The position numbers and the translations under genes are program-made. A model generated the notes under the pieces. That model was not told where the DNA came from, searched no databases, and was given only the letters and a program-made list of their open reading frames with translations. From Chloroflexota bacterium (GTDB taxonomy: Bacteria; Chloroflexota; Dehalococcoidia; UBA2979), in the NCBI GenBank assembly GCA_009839925.1, contig VXOS01000142.1, positions 3,039 through 67,038 on the forward strand: a stretch of 64,000 bases of DNA, in the 5' to 3' direction. Below, one piece after another: positions 41,637 through 51,892 of the stretch. Within the stretch, counting starts at the first letter, position 1. Each line of letters opens with the position of its first letter.

Positions 41637-42275
41637 TCAGGCGCCGGCGATGTCGAGCGGCCAGACCCTCACGACCTTGCCGTCCTCGACCTCGAAGCGC
41701 CATTCATCCCCCTCCCGACACTCGCCGTTCGGGCAAATGCCGAGGAACCGCATCTCTCGCTGGCGGCCGGACACGCCGCGCAGCTCCGCGACGGGCTCGT
41801 TCGTCTGGTAGGAGTGGACGTTGGAGCCCGTCTCGCCCATGAAGTAGACCTGGAACTCGCCCTGGTACTCGGTCCCGCAGTGCGGACAGGTCACGTCGGC
41901 GAGCAGCATCCAGTACTTCTCGAGCTCCGCGAGTTCGTGCTCCAGATCGACCTCGAGCACGCTGAAGCTCGTCTCGATCGCGTCGGCCGGCGGGTCGATC
42001 CCCTCCGCGGCCAGCCTGGCTTCCATCTCCCCGCGGAGGGGATCAGCCAGGATCCGGGCGTGCTCCACCATCGCGTCGGCGACGGAGCTCGTTGCGGGCG
42101 GAACGGGGTCGCCGTCATCCATCAGGGCCTCGATGTGGATGGCGATGGCCTCGCGCATCATGCGGTTCATGTCCTCCAGGTCGTCGCCCACGCTGATGCA
42201 GCCGGGGAGATCCGGGACATACCCGCAGTAGTTCTCATCACCGCGCTCGTACACGACCACGTACTGGACCTTCAT
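41637..42275 (-). CDS. HicB-family N-domain fused to a C-terminal Cys-rich (zinc-ribbon-like) domain
   Basis: Start MKVQYVVVYERGDENYCGYVPDLPGCISVGDDLEDMNRMMREAIAIHIEAL (HicB/UPF0150 fold). C-terminus has CPHCGTEY...CPNGEC. Divergent from the STAND gene. Confidence 0.6.
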   Translation of the reverse strand: MKVQYVVVYERGDENYCGYVPDLPGCISVGDDLEDMNRMMREAIAIHIEALMDDGDPVPPATSSVADAMVEHARILADPLRGEMEARLAAEGIDPPADAIETSFSVLEVDLEHELAELEKYWMLLADVTCPHCGTEYQGEFQVYFMGETGSNVHSYQTNEPVAELRGVSGRQREMRFLGICPNGECREGDEWRFEVEDGKVVRVWPLDIAGA

Positions 42276-42429
42276 CGGGATTCTCCCTTGCAGTCCAGCA
42301 TGCCCAGCACGTTGCTGTGCGCCCCTCGGACGCCGCATCATCGGGGTCGGCATCCTAGCAGTTCGCCTCGGGGCGGTGACATGATACGGTTCAAATGTTC
42401 TAGAGGGAGCCAGAAGTTCCGAGGGTAAA

Positions 42430-45400
42430 GTGACCAGGGCACGAACGAGAACGGCCGCCAGGCGATCCGGTGATGACTATCAGGATCTGGTGGCGGCGGA
42501 AGCCATGCTCCGCGTCCTCAGGCATCCGTCACGGTACCGCTGGGTCAAGCTTGAGGCCCGCGAAGCCGGCCGATTGGACGACGTCTTCGTCTATCGCATC
42601 GACGGTACCGTTGAGGCGACACAGGTCAAGTTCTCCACGGACGCTCTGCGCCCTGGCGATCCTTGGACGTGGGACAAACTCCTCGAGGAGACGAATGGCC
42701 GACCATCTCTGATCCGCGCTTGGTACGAGTCGGTTGTAGGCCTGGACCCCACACATCAGGCGACGGAGCCGCGGCTTGTCTCGAATCGACTTGGGGGAGA
42801 CGACCTACTGCTCACTGAGGACGGCTATGTCGACCGCAATCGCACCGCTCCTGTGGTCCTGGAGAGACTGCGCGCTCAGCTGGGTGACGGCAGCGATGAC
42901 TTCCTCCGACGGTTCCGCTTCGAGGTTGGAGAGCAAGACCTACGAGACTTGAACGATCGGCTCGCACGGGAATTCCGGGCCCTTGGGCTGCTTGAGCAGA
43001 ACTGGGTGGCTCTCAAGGACGCCATCAGAGGGTGGATCCGCGGTGAAGGATTGCCGGAGACGGGTGAAATCAGCACTGAGCACATCAGGTCAGCGTCCGG
43101 GTGGCGGCAACTCTCGCCGTTGCCGCAGGGCCTAGAGATCCCGCGCGACTACACACTTCCGCTCCAAGGGTTCCACGACGACTTCCTCAGCAGTGTCACG
43201 CAGGGCGCCGGATCTGCAATCGTCCTGACTGCAGGCCCCGGCATGGGGAAGAGCACTTACCTCAGTTACCTGGTTGAGAAGCTCCACGAACAAGAACAAC
43301 CAGTTGTCAGGCACCACTACTCGTTGCGGGCCAGCGGCGATCGCCCAGAACGCCTCGAGGCGAGGCGTGCAGCTGAGTCTCTCGTGGCAGACATCGAGAC
43401 TTGCCTAAGTCCTTACGTCCACGAACTTCCCACCCAGAATCCCGATCCTGGCGCGCTGCGAGCTTGGCTTGATGGCGTCGGGGCGCAGCTCGCCGATGAG
43501 GGCAAGTTCCTGGTGGTGGTGGTTGATGGCTTGGACCACGTGTGGCGGGCAAGGAACTCCCGTGAAGAGCTCCAGAAGTTGTTCGACCAACTCCTTCCAG
43601 CACCTCCGGGCATCGTGGTAGTCGTTGGCACGCAGCCGGTTGAGGATCAGCAGCTTCCGCCTTCGCTACTTCGATTCGCACCCAGAGAGCAGTGGATCGA
43701 GTTGCCCCGACTCGATAGGCAAGCCATCCGTGAGTGGTTGACTCATCATCGCGACCTCATGCCAGCGGAGTGGGCCCCGCGCGGCATGGGCTGGCACCAC
43801 GCAGAACTGGCAAGAGTGCTCCATGCTCGGACACGAGGCCATCCCCTCTTGATGCGCTACACCGTCGAGCAGGTCGCAAGCCGAGGCGAGAGCCTGACGA
43901 CGAACTCAATCCGTGTAATCCCCGAAGCGCCAGCGGGCACAGTCGAGGACTACTACCGAGCTCTTTGGGTGAGTCTCCCGGACGCGGCTAGAGACGTCGT
44001 CTTCCTGTTGGCCGTGGCGAGGTTTCCTTGGCCAGAAGGAGGTCTCCATGAGTGCCTCCGGCTTGTCGGCTATGAGCAGGCCAGCGCTTCGATGGCGGTC
44101 AGTGCGACCCGTCACCTTCTCGCCGACGACGGACTTGGATGGTCGCCCTTCCATAGCAGTCTTCTCCTGTACGCGGGGCAGCAGGCGGCGTTCGTGGAGC
44201 GCGAGCCCGCACTCCGCCAGGCGGCAATCGAATGGCTGGAAGGCGCGGCATCGGAGTACTGGCGAAGATCCCATCTCTGGCTTCTACAGCTCGATGCGGG
44301 CGATGCCGACCACCTGATGGCGGGTTCCGCTCGTGAGTGGGTCGTCGAGGCCGTTGCTGCCAGCCATCCGCTGGGCGAGATCGAAGATGTACTACGGGCA
44401 GCTGCCTTCGAGGCAATTGAGCAGGCAGACCTGACGACATACGTGGACCGGGGCATTCTGGCCGATACCGTGGACAGAAGCGCCAGCGACGAGGACGCGT
44501 TGCGGTGGATGTTCGCCGCGCAACTCTCGCTCGGGGCAGACGACTTCTTGGAGCCGCGAGCGATTGCGAGACTGAGCGAGCTGAGCGACCGGCACGTGAT
44601 CGCGTTGGCGCGGCATCTGCACCTTTCAGGGAGACCAGAGGCGGTCGAGAGGTGTTTCGATGAGCTTAAGCGGCGGCTTGCGCGAGAGGCCGCCGATCTT
44701 CGGTGGTTCGGGGAGCAACGAGAGCGGAGAGAGACCGTCGCTGAACTCGCTGGGCTTGCTGGAATCGAGCCCGAGAGGTTCGCGAGGTTTGCGGCCAGCC
44801 TTGGGTCCGAAGACATGCAGGCATCTCTGGCGACCAACTGGGTCGCGGGACTACGCCGCGCCCGCGAGGTCCGGTTCGCCCTTCGAGCCCTGGCCGAACC
44901 GCTCAGCGCCGCTGCCGCGCGCCGCCTATCCTGCCATGTGGCAATGGTTGGGGCTGACGAGGGGATCGCGCTGTCGGAGCCCGACTGCCAGTTGCTCGCT
45001 TCGCCCTACGCCTGGGTGTATCGCATGTTCCATGAAGGAGACCCCGGAGGGGTTGCGACAGAGGAGCCGCCCGCTCCAGCGGCTGGAAGAGACTACGCGT
45101 TCGAGCAGTATCCCGGAGTCGTTGCGCGATACGCGCATGACTTGTTCTTCTTCATCGTAGTCCGCGAGTTCCAGTCGCCTGGCTTTGCCGGCCGGTGGGC
45201 ACCGCCGGCAACTCTTCGCTCGTGGCTGACATCGTCGCTAGAAGCTCTCGCGCAGGGCGCAGTCGCGGTGGCGGAAGCCTGGAAGCACTCTCAGGAAGTC
45301 GATGTGGTTGCAGGCTACGAGGCCACCCGGCCGCTGAAGACCCCACCCTGGGACGACGGAATGGAGGACCGAGAAAGCTCAACGGGTATACGACGAGCGC

Positions 45401-46806
45401 TCCGCACAATCACCGAAGACCTTCTGGTCTTGCGGCGCGCAGCCGGGGGAAGCGCCGAGCTCCACTGGGAGGAAGTAGCGTCAGTCGCCTCTCACACATT
45501 CGCCGACCACGGACAGATCCTTCGGTGGGTTGCGGAAGGAACGGCTGACATCGATATCGGGGCGCTTCGCGGCCTCTCTAAGTCCGTCGACGATGAACTT
45601 GCCGGACGAATCGCGCCGTTCGACTCGAGGGCTAACACCTTCGCGCTTCTTGCTGCGGCATGCGCGCGCTATGGCCTGCGCCAGGATGCAGAACAACACC
45701 TGCGCCAGGCCGCAGAGAACCTTGTCGCGTACGGCTCTCACAAGGACATTCTGCTGCACTCGGCGCTGAACGCGATCGAAGCAGGGGCAGACCGGTTCGA
45801 CGGACGTCGGCAGCTTTGGATCGGGTTGGCGCCCGCGATCGCGGCCGTGCTTGAGTTCACGGACGGCGATGAAACTTCGCACTTGGCGGCGCGTTTCGGG
45901 GCGCTCCTGTTGCGCTTCGACGCGGACCTCGCGATCCGGTACATGAAGGCGCTCATGGATTCCGAGCGGTACCAAGATGTGGATGGGGTGTTACGTGATC
46001 TCGTGAGGAGCGCCGATCTAGCGAATCCCGAGCTGCGGGATCTCGTCAGCACGTGCATCGATCCCGACTCAATCCGGTTCCTCGAGGATCGGGCACGCAA
46101 CTCTGATCAGTCTGCAAGCGAGCTGCTGGAACTCAGCCCACGGTACTCCAGCAGCCTCGCAGAAGTGGACGCGGGGTCGGTGACAAGCACGACCGGCGAC
46201 GACATCGCCCGAGTAGCGTCCGACTCAGGCCGTGCTCATCGACATGTCGATTTCCCTCCCGAGCGGCTCGCCGACCTAGTCAGGTCAGAGGCGCTCGCTT
46301 GGCCCCTTGATCGAGAACGCGAGTTGTCGGCGTGGTTGGACAGTTGGGCGGACACGGAGCGAGCGGCCGACGCTCTCGACGCTGCCGAACTGTACTTCTT
46401 CGGGGATGACCGGCTGAGCGTAAGCAATCAGACAGTAGCCGCAGCGAGGCGGATCGGTGGGCGCAGCGGAAGTTATCGCTGGCTCGTGCGAGCCCAGCAA
46501 ACCAACAATGGCTGGCGCGAGTATTGGACCAGCTTCGAGGATGCCAAGGAGCGATGGCGCTGGGTAAAGCGAGACTTCCCGAGCCGTTGGCGCGACTTCC
46601 TCACCGAATCGCTACGGCCTCTACCGGGAGTCCAGCCTCACTTCGGCATGACGATCGCACGCATTGTTGAGTACCTCATCTACTTCGAACGCTGGCAGGA
46701 CGCCGCCGCCGTCACGTCGCAACTCGTCGCCACACTTCGTGATCAGGTGTCAGGTCAAGCGCTCCCGATGCCAGACTGGGCTGAGCACTCGGCGGAGAGC
46801 ACATGA
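42430..46806 (+). CDS. STAND/NACHT-like P-loop NTPase (Avs-like antiviral STAND candidate) with N-terminal Cap4/DUF4297-like PD-(D/E)xK nuclease domain and C-terminal helical-repeat region
   Basis: 1,458 aa. N-terminus DDYQDLVAAEAMLRVL...E...DDVFVYRIDGTVEATQVKFS fits the DUF4297/Cap4 nuclease signature (YQ...E...DDV...QVK). Walker A LTAGPGMGKST. Walker B FLVVVVDGLDHV. About 1,000 aa of alpha-helical repeats follow. Lower GC than the core genome. Confidence 0.7.
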   Translation: MTRARTRTAARRSGDDYQDLVAAEAMLRVLRHPSRYRWVKLEAREAGRLDDVFVYRIDGTVEATQVKFSTDALRPGDPWTWDKLLEETNGRPSLIRAWYESVVGLDPTHQATEPRLVSNRLGGDDLLLTEDGYVDRNRTAPVVLERLRAQLGDGSDDFLRRFRFEVGEQDLRDLNDRLAREFRALGLLEQNWVALKDAIRGWIRGEGLPETGEISTEHIRSASGWRQLSPLPQGLEIPRDYTLPLQGFHDDFLSSVTQGAGSAIVLTAGPGMGKSTYLSYLVEKLHEQEQPVVRHHYSLRASGDRPERLEARRAAESLVADIETCLSPYVHELPTQNPDPGALRAWLDGVGAQLADEGKFLVVVVDGLDHVWRARNSREELQKLFDQLLPAPPGIVVVVGTQPVEDQQLPPSLLRFAPREQWIELPRLDRQAIREWLTHHRDLMPAEWAPRGMGWHHAELARVLHARTRGHPLLMRYTVEQVASRGESLTTNSIRVIPEAPAGTVEDYYRALWVSLPDAARDVVFLLAVARFPWPEGGLHECLRLVGYEQASASMAVSATRHLLADDGLGWSPFHSSLLLYAGQQAAFVEREPALRQAAIEWLEGAASEYWRRSHLWLLQLDAGDADHLMAGSAREWVVEAVAASHPLGEIEDVLRAAAFEAIEQADLTTYVDRGILADTVDRSASDEDALRWMFAAQLSLGADDFLEPRAIARLSELSDRHVIALARHLHLSGRPEAVERCFDELKRRLAREAADLRWFGEQRERRETVAELAGLAGIEPERFARFAASLGSEDMQASLATNWVAGLRRAREVRFALRALAEPLSAAAARRLSCHVAMVGADEGIALSEPDCQLLASPYAWVYRMFHEGDPGGVATEEPPAPAAGRDYAFEQYPGVVARYAHDLFFFIVVREFQSPGFAGRWAPPATLRSWLTSSLEALAQGAVAVAEAWKHSQEVDVVAGYEATRPLKTPPWDDGMEDRESSTGIRRALRTITEDLLVLRRAAGGSAELHWEEVASVASHTFADHGQILRWVAEGTADIDIGALRGLSKSVDDELAGRIAPFDSRANTFALLAAACARYGLRQDAEQHLRQAAENLVAYGSHKDILLHSALNAIEAGADRFDGRRQLWIGLAPAIAAVLEFTDGDETSHLAARFGALLLRFDADLAIRYMKALMDSERYQDVDGVLRDLVRSADLANPELRDLVSTCIDPDSIRFLEDRARNSDQSASELLELSPRYSSSLAEVDAGSVTSTTGDDIARVASDSGRAHRHVDFPPERLADLVRSEALAWPLDRERELSAWLDSWADTERAADALDAAELYFFGDDRLSVSNQTVAAARRIGGRSGSYRWLVRAQQTNNGWREYWTSFEDAKERWRWVKRDFPSRWRDFLTESLRPLPGVQPHFGMTIARIVEYLIYFERWQDAAAVTSQLVATLRDQVSGQALPMPDWAEHSAEST

Positions 46807-48263
46807 TCGAACTGCTTGTTGACCGCCTGCGATGGCCAGCCCCGCTCGTTCGCGAACGTGCGGCATCGCAGCTCGGCGACCGTATAGCGGCCGGCGACGA
46901 TGGGGCCGTTCAAGCGCTGCTCGTCTGGATCGCCGACCAAGAGCTCGAGAGTCTCGCAGCGATCGGCCTGCTTCCGTTCCTACACGCAGCGGGGAGGGCG
47001 GACGCAAACTCGCCGTCAACAAGTAGGATCGCTTCGGCCGTTAGGGCCCGCTCCGTCTTGTCGGAGCTGTACCTCGGTCACCTCGACCCCTCCTACACGA
47101 GTAACCCGAGCCTCGGTCGGCACTCTGGATTGCCGCCCAGTTCGTGGGTGCCCCCAAGGACGAGTGCCGGCGCCCGAGAGGTATTCTTCGAAGAGATGAT
47201 CCGGGAACGCTTGGAGAGGGCCGCCCGGGTCTTCCAGGCACCTCTGGAAAGGCAGTTTGATTTTGAACTCTCGGTCTTGAGTGGCCGCCACGGCGAGTCG
47301 CCCGCGAGCGCTTACAGTGCAGCTGGACCCTACGAGAGTGGCTACCACCCCGGCTGGCGGCCTATCTCTGCGGAAACCCGCACTTCGGCATACCTGCGCG
47401 CCCTAGCGTGGGCAGCCTCGCACACGAGCGCGCCCGCGGATTGGCTCCTCGGCGCTGCAGCCAAGGTCTCCCCGGCCGATCTAGGCCTCTGGGGCGTGAG
47501 GCCGACTAAGGCTCCAGGCTGGTGGCCAAGCCTCGACACCCACGGCGACGCAAACGAGATCGATTCCGAAGTCGCGACAACGCTACGCAAGGTGAACGCG
47601 GCCGTGCAGGCGTGGCGGTCTGACGGCCACGCAGTACTCGCAGCGAGCGGATGCATCTCTCACACGAACCGCACGCAACATGATCTGGAAATCCGCGCGT
47701 TCTTCCAACGGACTGATGGGCCAAGCCGGCCGGGGAGCGAGCAACTGTTCGAGTACCTCAAATCAGTCCGATCGCCGTTTAGGCAGCGGCCGTCGCCGCT
47801 GCGGTTCGAAGGAGCGATCGGCGCGAATGGAGGTGCACAGGAACTCGCCGACTGGGTTGTAGTGCCTTGCTCGGGCTCGACCGGACCTCTCGCATTCATT
47901 GTCTGGCAGGGATGGCGTGGGCTTCGCGGCTTCCAATGCCCGTCGCCGGAATTGGTAGATGCAGAGATCCGAGCGATTTGCCGGCAGGACTCGGTCGACT
48001 ACGAGTGCGCCGGGGAACTCGTAGCCCAATGGACCGATTGGTCGGGGAGCCTCTCCGCGACCGCGGTGAGGGATCTCCTGCCTGCAAGTGGATGGGTTCT
48101 CGTCGCGCCTCAGGCCGTTGTCGACAGGTTCACGAGTGAAACTGGTATGGCGCTGGCCTGGGCGTGGGAGGTCACGAGTCGCTTCCGTGACTACGCCCAT
48201 GGAGAGTTCATAGTGCACCGGGCGCACGGCGATCATGGCACGACCATGGTAATCCGACCGTGA
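46803..48263 (+). CDS. Hypothetical 486-aa protein translationally coupled (ATGA overlap) to the STAND NTPase
   Basis: Start ATG overlaps the STAND stop. No recognisable motif. Non-repetitive composition. Confidence 0.5.
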   Translation: MIELLVDRLRWPAPLVRERAASQLGDRIAAGDDGAVQALLVWIADQELESLAAIGLLPFLHAAGRADANSPSTSRIASAVRARSVLSELYLGHLDPSYTSNPSLGRHSGLPPSSWVPPRTSAGAREVFFEEMIRERLERAARVFQAPLERQFDFELSVLSGRHGESPASAYSAAGPYESGYHPGWRPISAETRTSAYLRALAWAASHTSAPADWLLGAAAKVSPADLGLWGVRPTKAPGWWPSLDTHGDANEIDSEVATTLRKVNAAVQAWRSDGHAVLAASGCISHTNRTQHDLEIRAFFQRTDGPSRPGSEQLFEYLKSVRSPFRQRPSPLRFEGAIGANGGAQELADWVVVPCSGSTGPLAFIVWQGWRGLRGFQCPSPELVDAEIRAICRQDSVDYECAGELVAQWTDWSGSLSATAVRDLLPASGWVLVAPQAVVDRFTSETGMALAWAWEVTSRFRDYAHGEFIVHRAHGDHGTTMVIRP

Positions 48264-48388
48264 TCGGCGATCGGCTGCCCAGCGTCGGAACAGCCCGAGT
48301 CAGGAACGGTGTAGGGCAGTGGCACTGTTACAGAAGACGTCATCGGGCTCTTCGATTGGCAAGCTCGATCGGCCACGCATAGGGGGAA

Positions 48389-51300
48389 CTAAGCTAGGCC
48401 GTCCGAGCAGACGATGCGGATCACCTCAGGCTCCGGCGGCCGGGCCGTCTCGGAATCGTCGGGGACGCTGAGGCGGTAGCGCTCGCGCAGGGCCTCGAGG
48501 CGGATGCGCAGCACTCGGCCCTCGAGCTGCAAGCTCCGAATCTCGCCGAGGGCGTTCTCGGCCGGCGGGGGCAGGTCGCCGTTGAAGATTCGACGGAGCA
48601 CTTCGAGACGCCGCATCTCAGCCGGGTCGTCGGCGGCGGCATGGACGGCAAGGTTGAGCTGCCGGGACATGTAGCGCCGAGCCCTCGTGTTGCGCGGCCG
48701 GCGGGCCCGGCCCAGCCGTTGCCCGAACTCCGTCCTGAACGCTTCGAACGCCGCCATCACGCGCTCGTTCGTGTCCTCCGAGAGCGCCTCCGCTGGCGTG
48801 TCGGGGGTGCACTCGGCGGCCGCGACAAACTGGGCGGGGCTGATGGGCCGGGGCTCGAGACCCGACCCCACGGCGTAGCAGCCATGCACCTCGCCGGCGC
48901 CGAGGAGCACCAGCGTCTCGCCGGGCACCGGGTCATCGAAGGCCGCCGGGGGCGCGGCCCGGATGTTCGCCGGCGACATTAGCGGAGCCTGCGCGCCCTC
49001 GAGAGGCATCACATCCTGCACGTAGATGTCGTCAGGGGCGTCCTCGCGCGCTGGCCTCGGCGCCCGCACGGCGAGAGCAGACCGGATGCCATCCGGCAGG
49101 GATGTGATGGTCTCCCAGAGCTCCGGGTTGTCTTCGCGGATCCGCTGGAGCAGGGCGACGGCGCGCTGGTGCGCGGCCACCTCGTCGAGCCCGTCGTCGG
49201 CCTCCGGCATGCGCTGCTCGCCGTAGATGCGGTACATCGCGTCGGCGTTCAGGCGCTCGGCCTCCGACAGGAGCCTGTTGTCGAGGCCGATCAAGTCGTG
49301 GAACGACTGGATACGGCGGCCCAGCCGCTCGGTCAGCTCCAGCCCCTCATCGACCGCGGTGTCCGGCCACATGCTGTGCAGGTCGATGACGTCGTGCTCT
49401 GTCCCGATGCGATCGACGCGGCCGAAGCGCTGGATCAGCCGCACGGGGTTCCAGTGGAGGTCGTAGTTCAGGACCCGCGCGCAGTCCTGCAGGTTCTGGC
49501 CCTCCGACACGATATCCGTGGCCAGCAGCACGCGGATCTCAAGGCCGGGAACCTGGCGCCCAGTGGTCAGGTTCGCGCGCGGCGAGAACCGGGTCACGAT
49601 GGTCTCGGCGTTGTCGCGGTTGCCGCCACTGAGGTGAGCGATCTCCGGGTCGTGGCCGCCGGGATTCAACTGCTCGTAGAGGTAGTCGATGGTCGTCTCG
49701 GCCTCGGAGAAGATGAGCACCTTGTCGGCACGGACCGCGGGCTGGTCGAGGAACTCCCGGAGCGCTCGGAGCTTGTCGTCGTCGTCCGGAGCGATGTCCG
49801 CTATCCGCTCGAAGAGGCCACCGAGCACCTCGTAGTCCGCGTCGAGATCGGCGATCCAGCGTTCGGTTTCGAAGTGCGCGGCAGGATACGCCGCACTGCG
49901 GGCGTGGCCGCGCGCCTCCTCCTGCTGGAGGACTTCCAGCAGTTCGTCGGCGTCGAACTCGTGACCCGCCAGGAGGCGGGTTGCCGTAGCGCCGACGGGC
50001 ACGAATCCGGCTTCCAGCGACTCCCGGAAGTTCCGGTTGCTATTGATGAGCGTTTCGAGCGTGGACCGGAACGCCGCGACGCTCGACTCGAGCCGCTTCA
50101 GGAGCAGCACCTTCATCAGGCCGGCGATCCGGTCCCTCGCGCGCAGCAGCCCTCGGTATTCGGCCCGCGTCTTGAAGTCGTCGCCCAGGTACTCGGAGGC
50201 GCGATACCGCGAGGCCTCGTGTTGTGCCAGCGCCTCCGTGATCTCCTGGAACTCCCCGGCCCGGGCGTACACGCGGTCAAGCCGGTAGTGGACATTCTCG
50301 AGCACTGGATCCGGGAAGCGCACGGGCTGGCCCCCGACCATCGCGGTATCGCCGTAGAGGTCGAGGATGTCGCGTCGCCGGCGGCGGATGAACAAGGGCG
50401 ACAGCACCTGCGTGATGTCGGCTCGCGGCACTGTTGGTTGTGATGGTGGCACCGGCGGCGTGCGTGTGGGGCGCTCTCGCTCCCAGGCCTCGTACTCGGC
50501 CTCGTAGTTGGTCTTTGCCGCGTGGTAGTCGAGCCAGCGTTCCGCGTTCCGGAAATACTCCTGCAGGTCGAGGGGCTCGATCGGCAGGCCGTGACTGGTG
50601 TCGTCCAGGAACAGGCTGAGCTGGCGGTAGATGTCCAGCGGGCCGAGGTTCTGGGGCGTGGCGCTGAGCAGCACCACCTTGTGGTCGCCGGACTCAAGGT
50701 ACTCCTCCAGGCCCGCGTAGCGCTGGTTTCGATTGCGGAAGTTGTGCGCCTCGTCCACCAGCACGGGGCCCCGGTCTGGGTACATCTGATTGAGGACGAC
50801 GCCTCGCTCGGGGGGCGCCGCGTCGATGTAGCGGCCGAGCTCCTCGTCGAACTCAGCCTCACCGGACGGGGCGATCATGCTGTGCGAGATCACCTCGGCG
50901 CCCAGCTGGAAGCGCTCGTTGAACGACTCCCACATCGGCTTCAGGCCGGCAGGGCAGAGGATGAGCGGGCGGCCGTCGTTCGGATAGCTGAACTGGAGCT
51001 GGCGCAGCAGCTCTGCGCCGATGAAGGTCTTGCCGAGCCCCACGACGTCGCCGATGTAGCAGCCGCCGTGGACATCGATCATCGCCAGACCGCGGCGTAC
51101 CGCGTCCAGCTGGAAGTTGGCCAGCTCACCGTCCTGCGGCTCGAGCGGTAGCTCGCTCGCCCCGGCGCCGCCGCTGTAGAGCTCGTGGAGGGCCTTCAGG
51201 TAGACGTGGTAGGGCGGCGTCTTCGCAAGCGCCCAGGAGAGCTCCAGCGTGACCTGCAACTCCTCGCTGATGTCCTCCGAGTCCTCCCAGAGGGCGTCGA

Positions 51301-51880
51301 ACCAGTCGCGCAGGGCGGCCATCTCAGCGTCGCCGGTGACCCGCACGTTGAGCTCGGTGTTGCCGCTGAAGCCGGCCAGCGTGAGGTTCGAGGAGCCGAC
51401 GACAGCCGAGCCGGGCTCGGCGTGGTCGTCGTACCAGCAGAGGTATGCCTTGGCGTGCAGCGGGCTGCGCCGGTAGGCCCGGACTTCCGCCTTGCCCGAG
51501 GCGACCATGTCCCGGAGCAGGCTCACCGCGTTCTGGGCGTCCTCCGTCTGCGGCAAGAGGGACACCCCGTCAGCGATGCGGTCGACGGAGTCCCGCGCCA
51601 CCGCGGCGCGCTCGCGCCGCTGCACAAGCCCATCGGAGTGCAGCCGCGCCCGCAGCGCGTCCGGCTGCTGTAGCCCCGCAGCGACCGCCTCGATCACCTG
51701 CCGGTCGGCACGGCCGACGAGGATGCGCACCTTGTCCAGCCGCGCCAGTTCTTCGCTGACCGCGCCGAAGCCAGACATGAAGAAGTAGCCGACGGCGATG
51801 TCGGCCCGGGCCGAACTACCGAGCATCTCCTGCAGCCGGGTCAGCAGGTCAGGGTCAGTGAAGGCGTGGAGGATGTTCAA
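48389..51880 (-). CDS. Phospholipase-D-family nuclease domain fused to SNF2/SF2 helicase (candidate ATP-dependent restriction or defence nuclease-helicase)
   Basis: 1,163 aa. N-terminal HKD motif PLHAKAYLC...VVGSSNLTLAG. Helicase motif I DVVGLGKT, motif II VLVDEAHNFRN, motif VI QRFGRVDRIG. Confidence 0.8.
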   Translation of the reverse strand: MNILHAFTDPDLLTRLQEMLGSSARADIAVGYFFMSGFGAVSEELARLDKVRILVGRADRQVIEAVAAGLQQPDALRARLHSDGLVQRRERAAVARDSVDRIADGVSLLPQTEDAQNAVSLLRDMVASGKAEVRAYRRSPLHAKAYLCWYDDHAEPGSAVVGSSNLTLAGFSGNTELNVRVTGDAEMAALRDWFDALWEDSEDISEELQVTLELSWALAKTPPYHVYLKALHELYSGGAGASELPLEPQDGELANFQLDAVRRGLAMIDVHGGCYIGDVVGLGKTFIGAELLRQLQFSYPNDGRPLILCPAGLKPMWESFNERFQLGAEVISHSMIAPSGEAEFDEELGRYIDAAPPERGVVLNQMYPDRGPVLVDEAHNFRNRNQRYAGLEEYLESGDHKVVLLSATPQNLGPLDIYRQLSLFLDDTSHGLPIEPLDLQEYFRNAERWLDYHAAKTNYEAEYEAWERERPTRTPPVPPSQPTVPRADITQVLSPLFIRRRRRDILDLYGDTAMVGGQPVRFPDPVLENVHYRLDRVYARAGEFQEITEALAQHEASRYRASEYLGDDFKTRAEYRGLLRARDRIAGLMKVLLLKRLESSVAAFRSTLETLINSNRNFRESLEAGFVPVGATATRLLAGHEFDADELLEVLQQEEARGHARSAAYPAAHFETERWIADLDADYEVLGGLFERIADIAPDDDDKLRALREFLDQPAVRADKVLIFSEAETTIDYLYEQLNPGGHDPEIAHLSGGNRDNAETIVTRFSPRANLTTGRQVPGLEIRVLLATDIVSEGQNLQDCARVLNYDLHWNPVRLIQRFGRVDRIGTEHDVIDLHSMWPDTAVDEGLELTERLGRRIQSFHDLIGLDNRLLSEAERLNADAMYRIYGEQRMPEADDGLDEVAAHQRAVALLQRIREDNPELWETITSLPDGIRSALAVRAPRPAREDAPDDIYVQDVMPLEGAQAPLMSPANIRAAPPAAFDDPVPGETLVLLGAGEVHGCYAVGSGLEPRPISPAQFVAAAECTPDTPAEALSEDTNERVMAAFEAFRTEFGQRLGRARRPRNTRARRYMSRQLNLAVHAAADDPAEMRRLEVLRRIFNGDLPPPAENALGEIRSLQLEGRVLRIRLEALRERYRLSVPDDSETARPPEPEVIRIVCSDGLA

Positions 51881-51892
51881 TGCTGGACCAGC

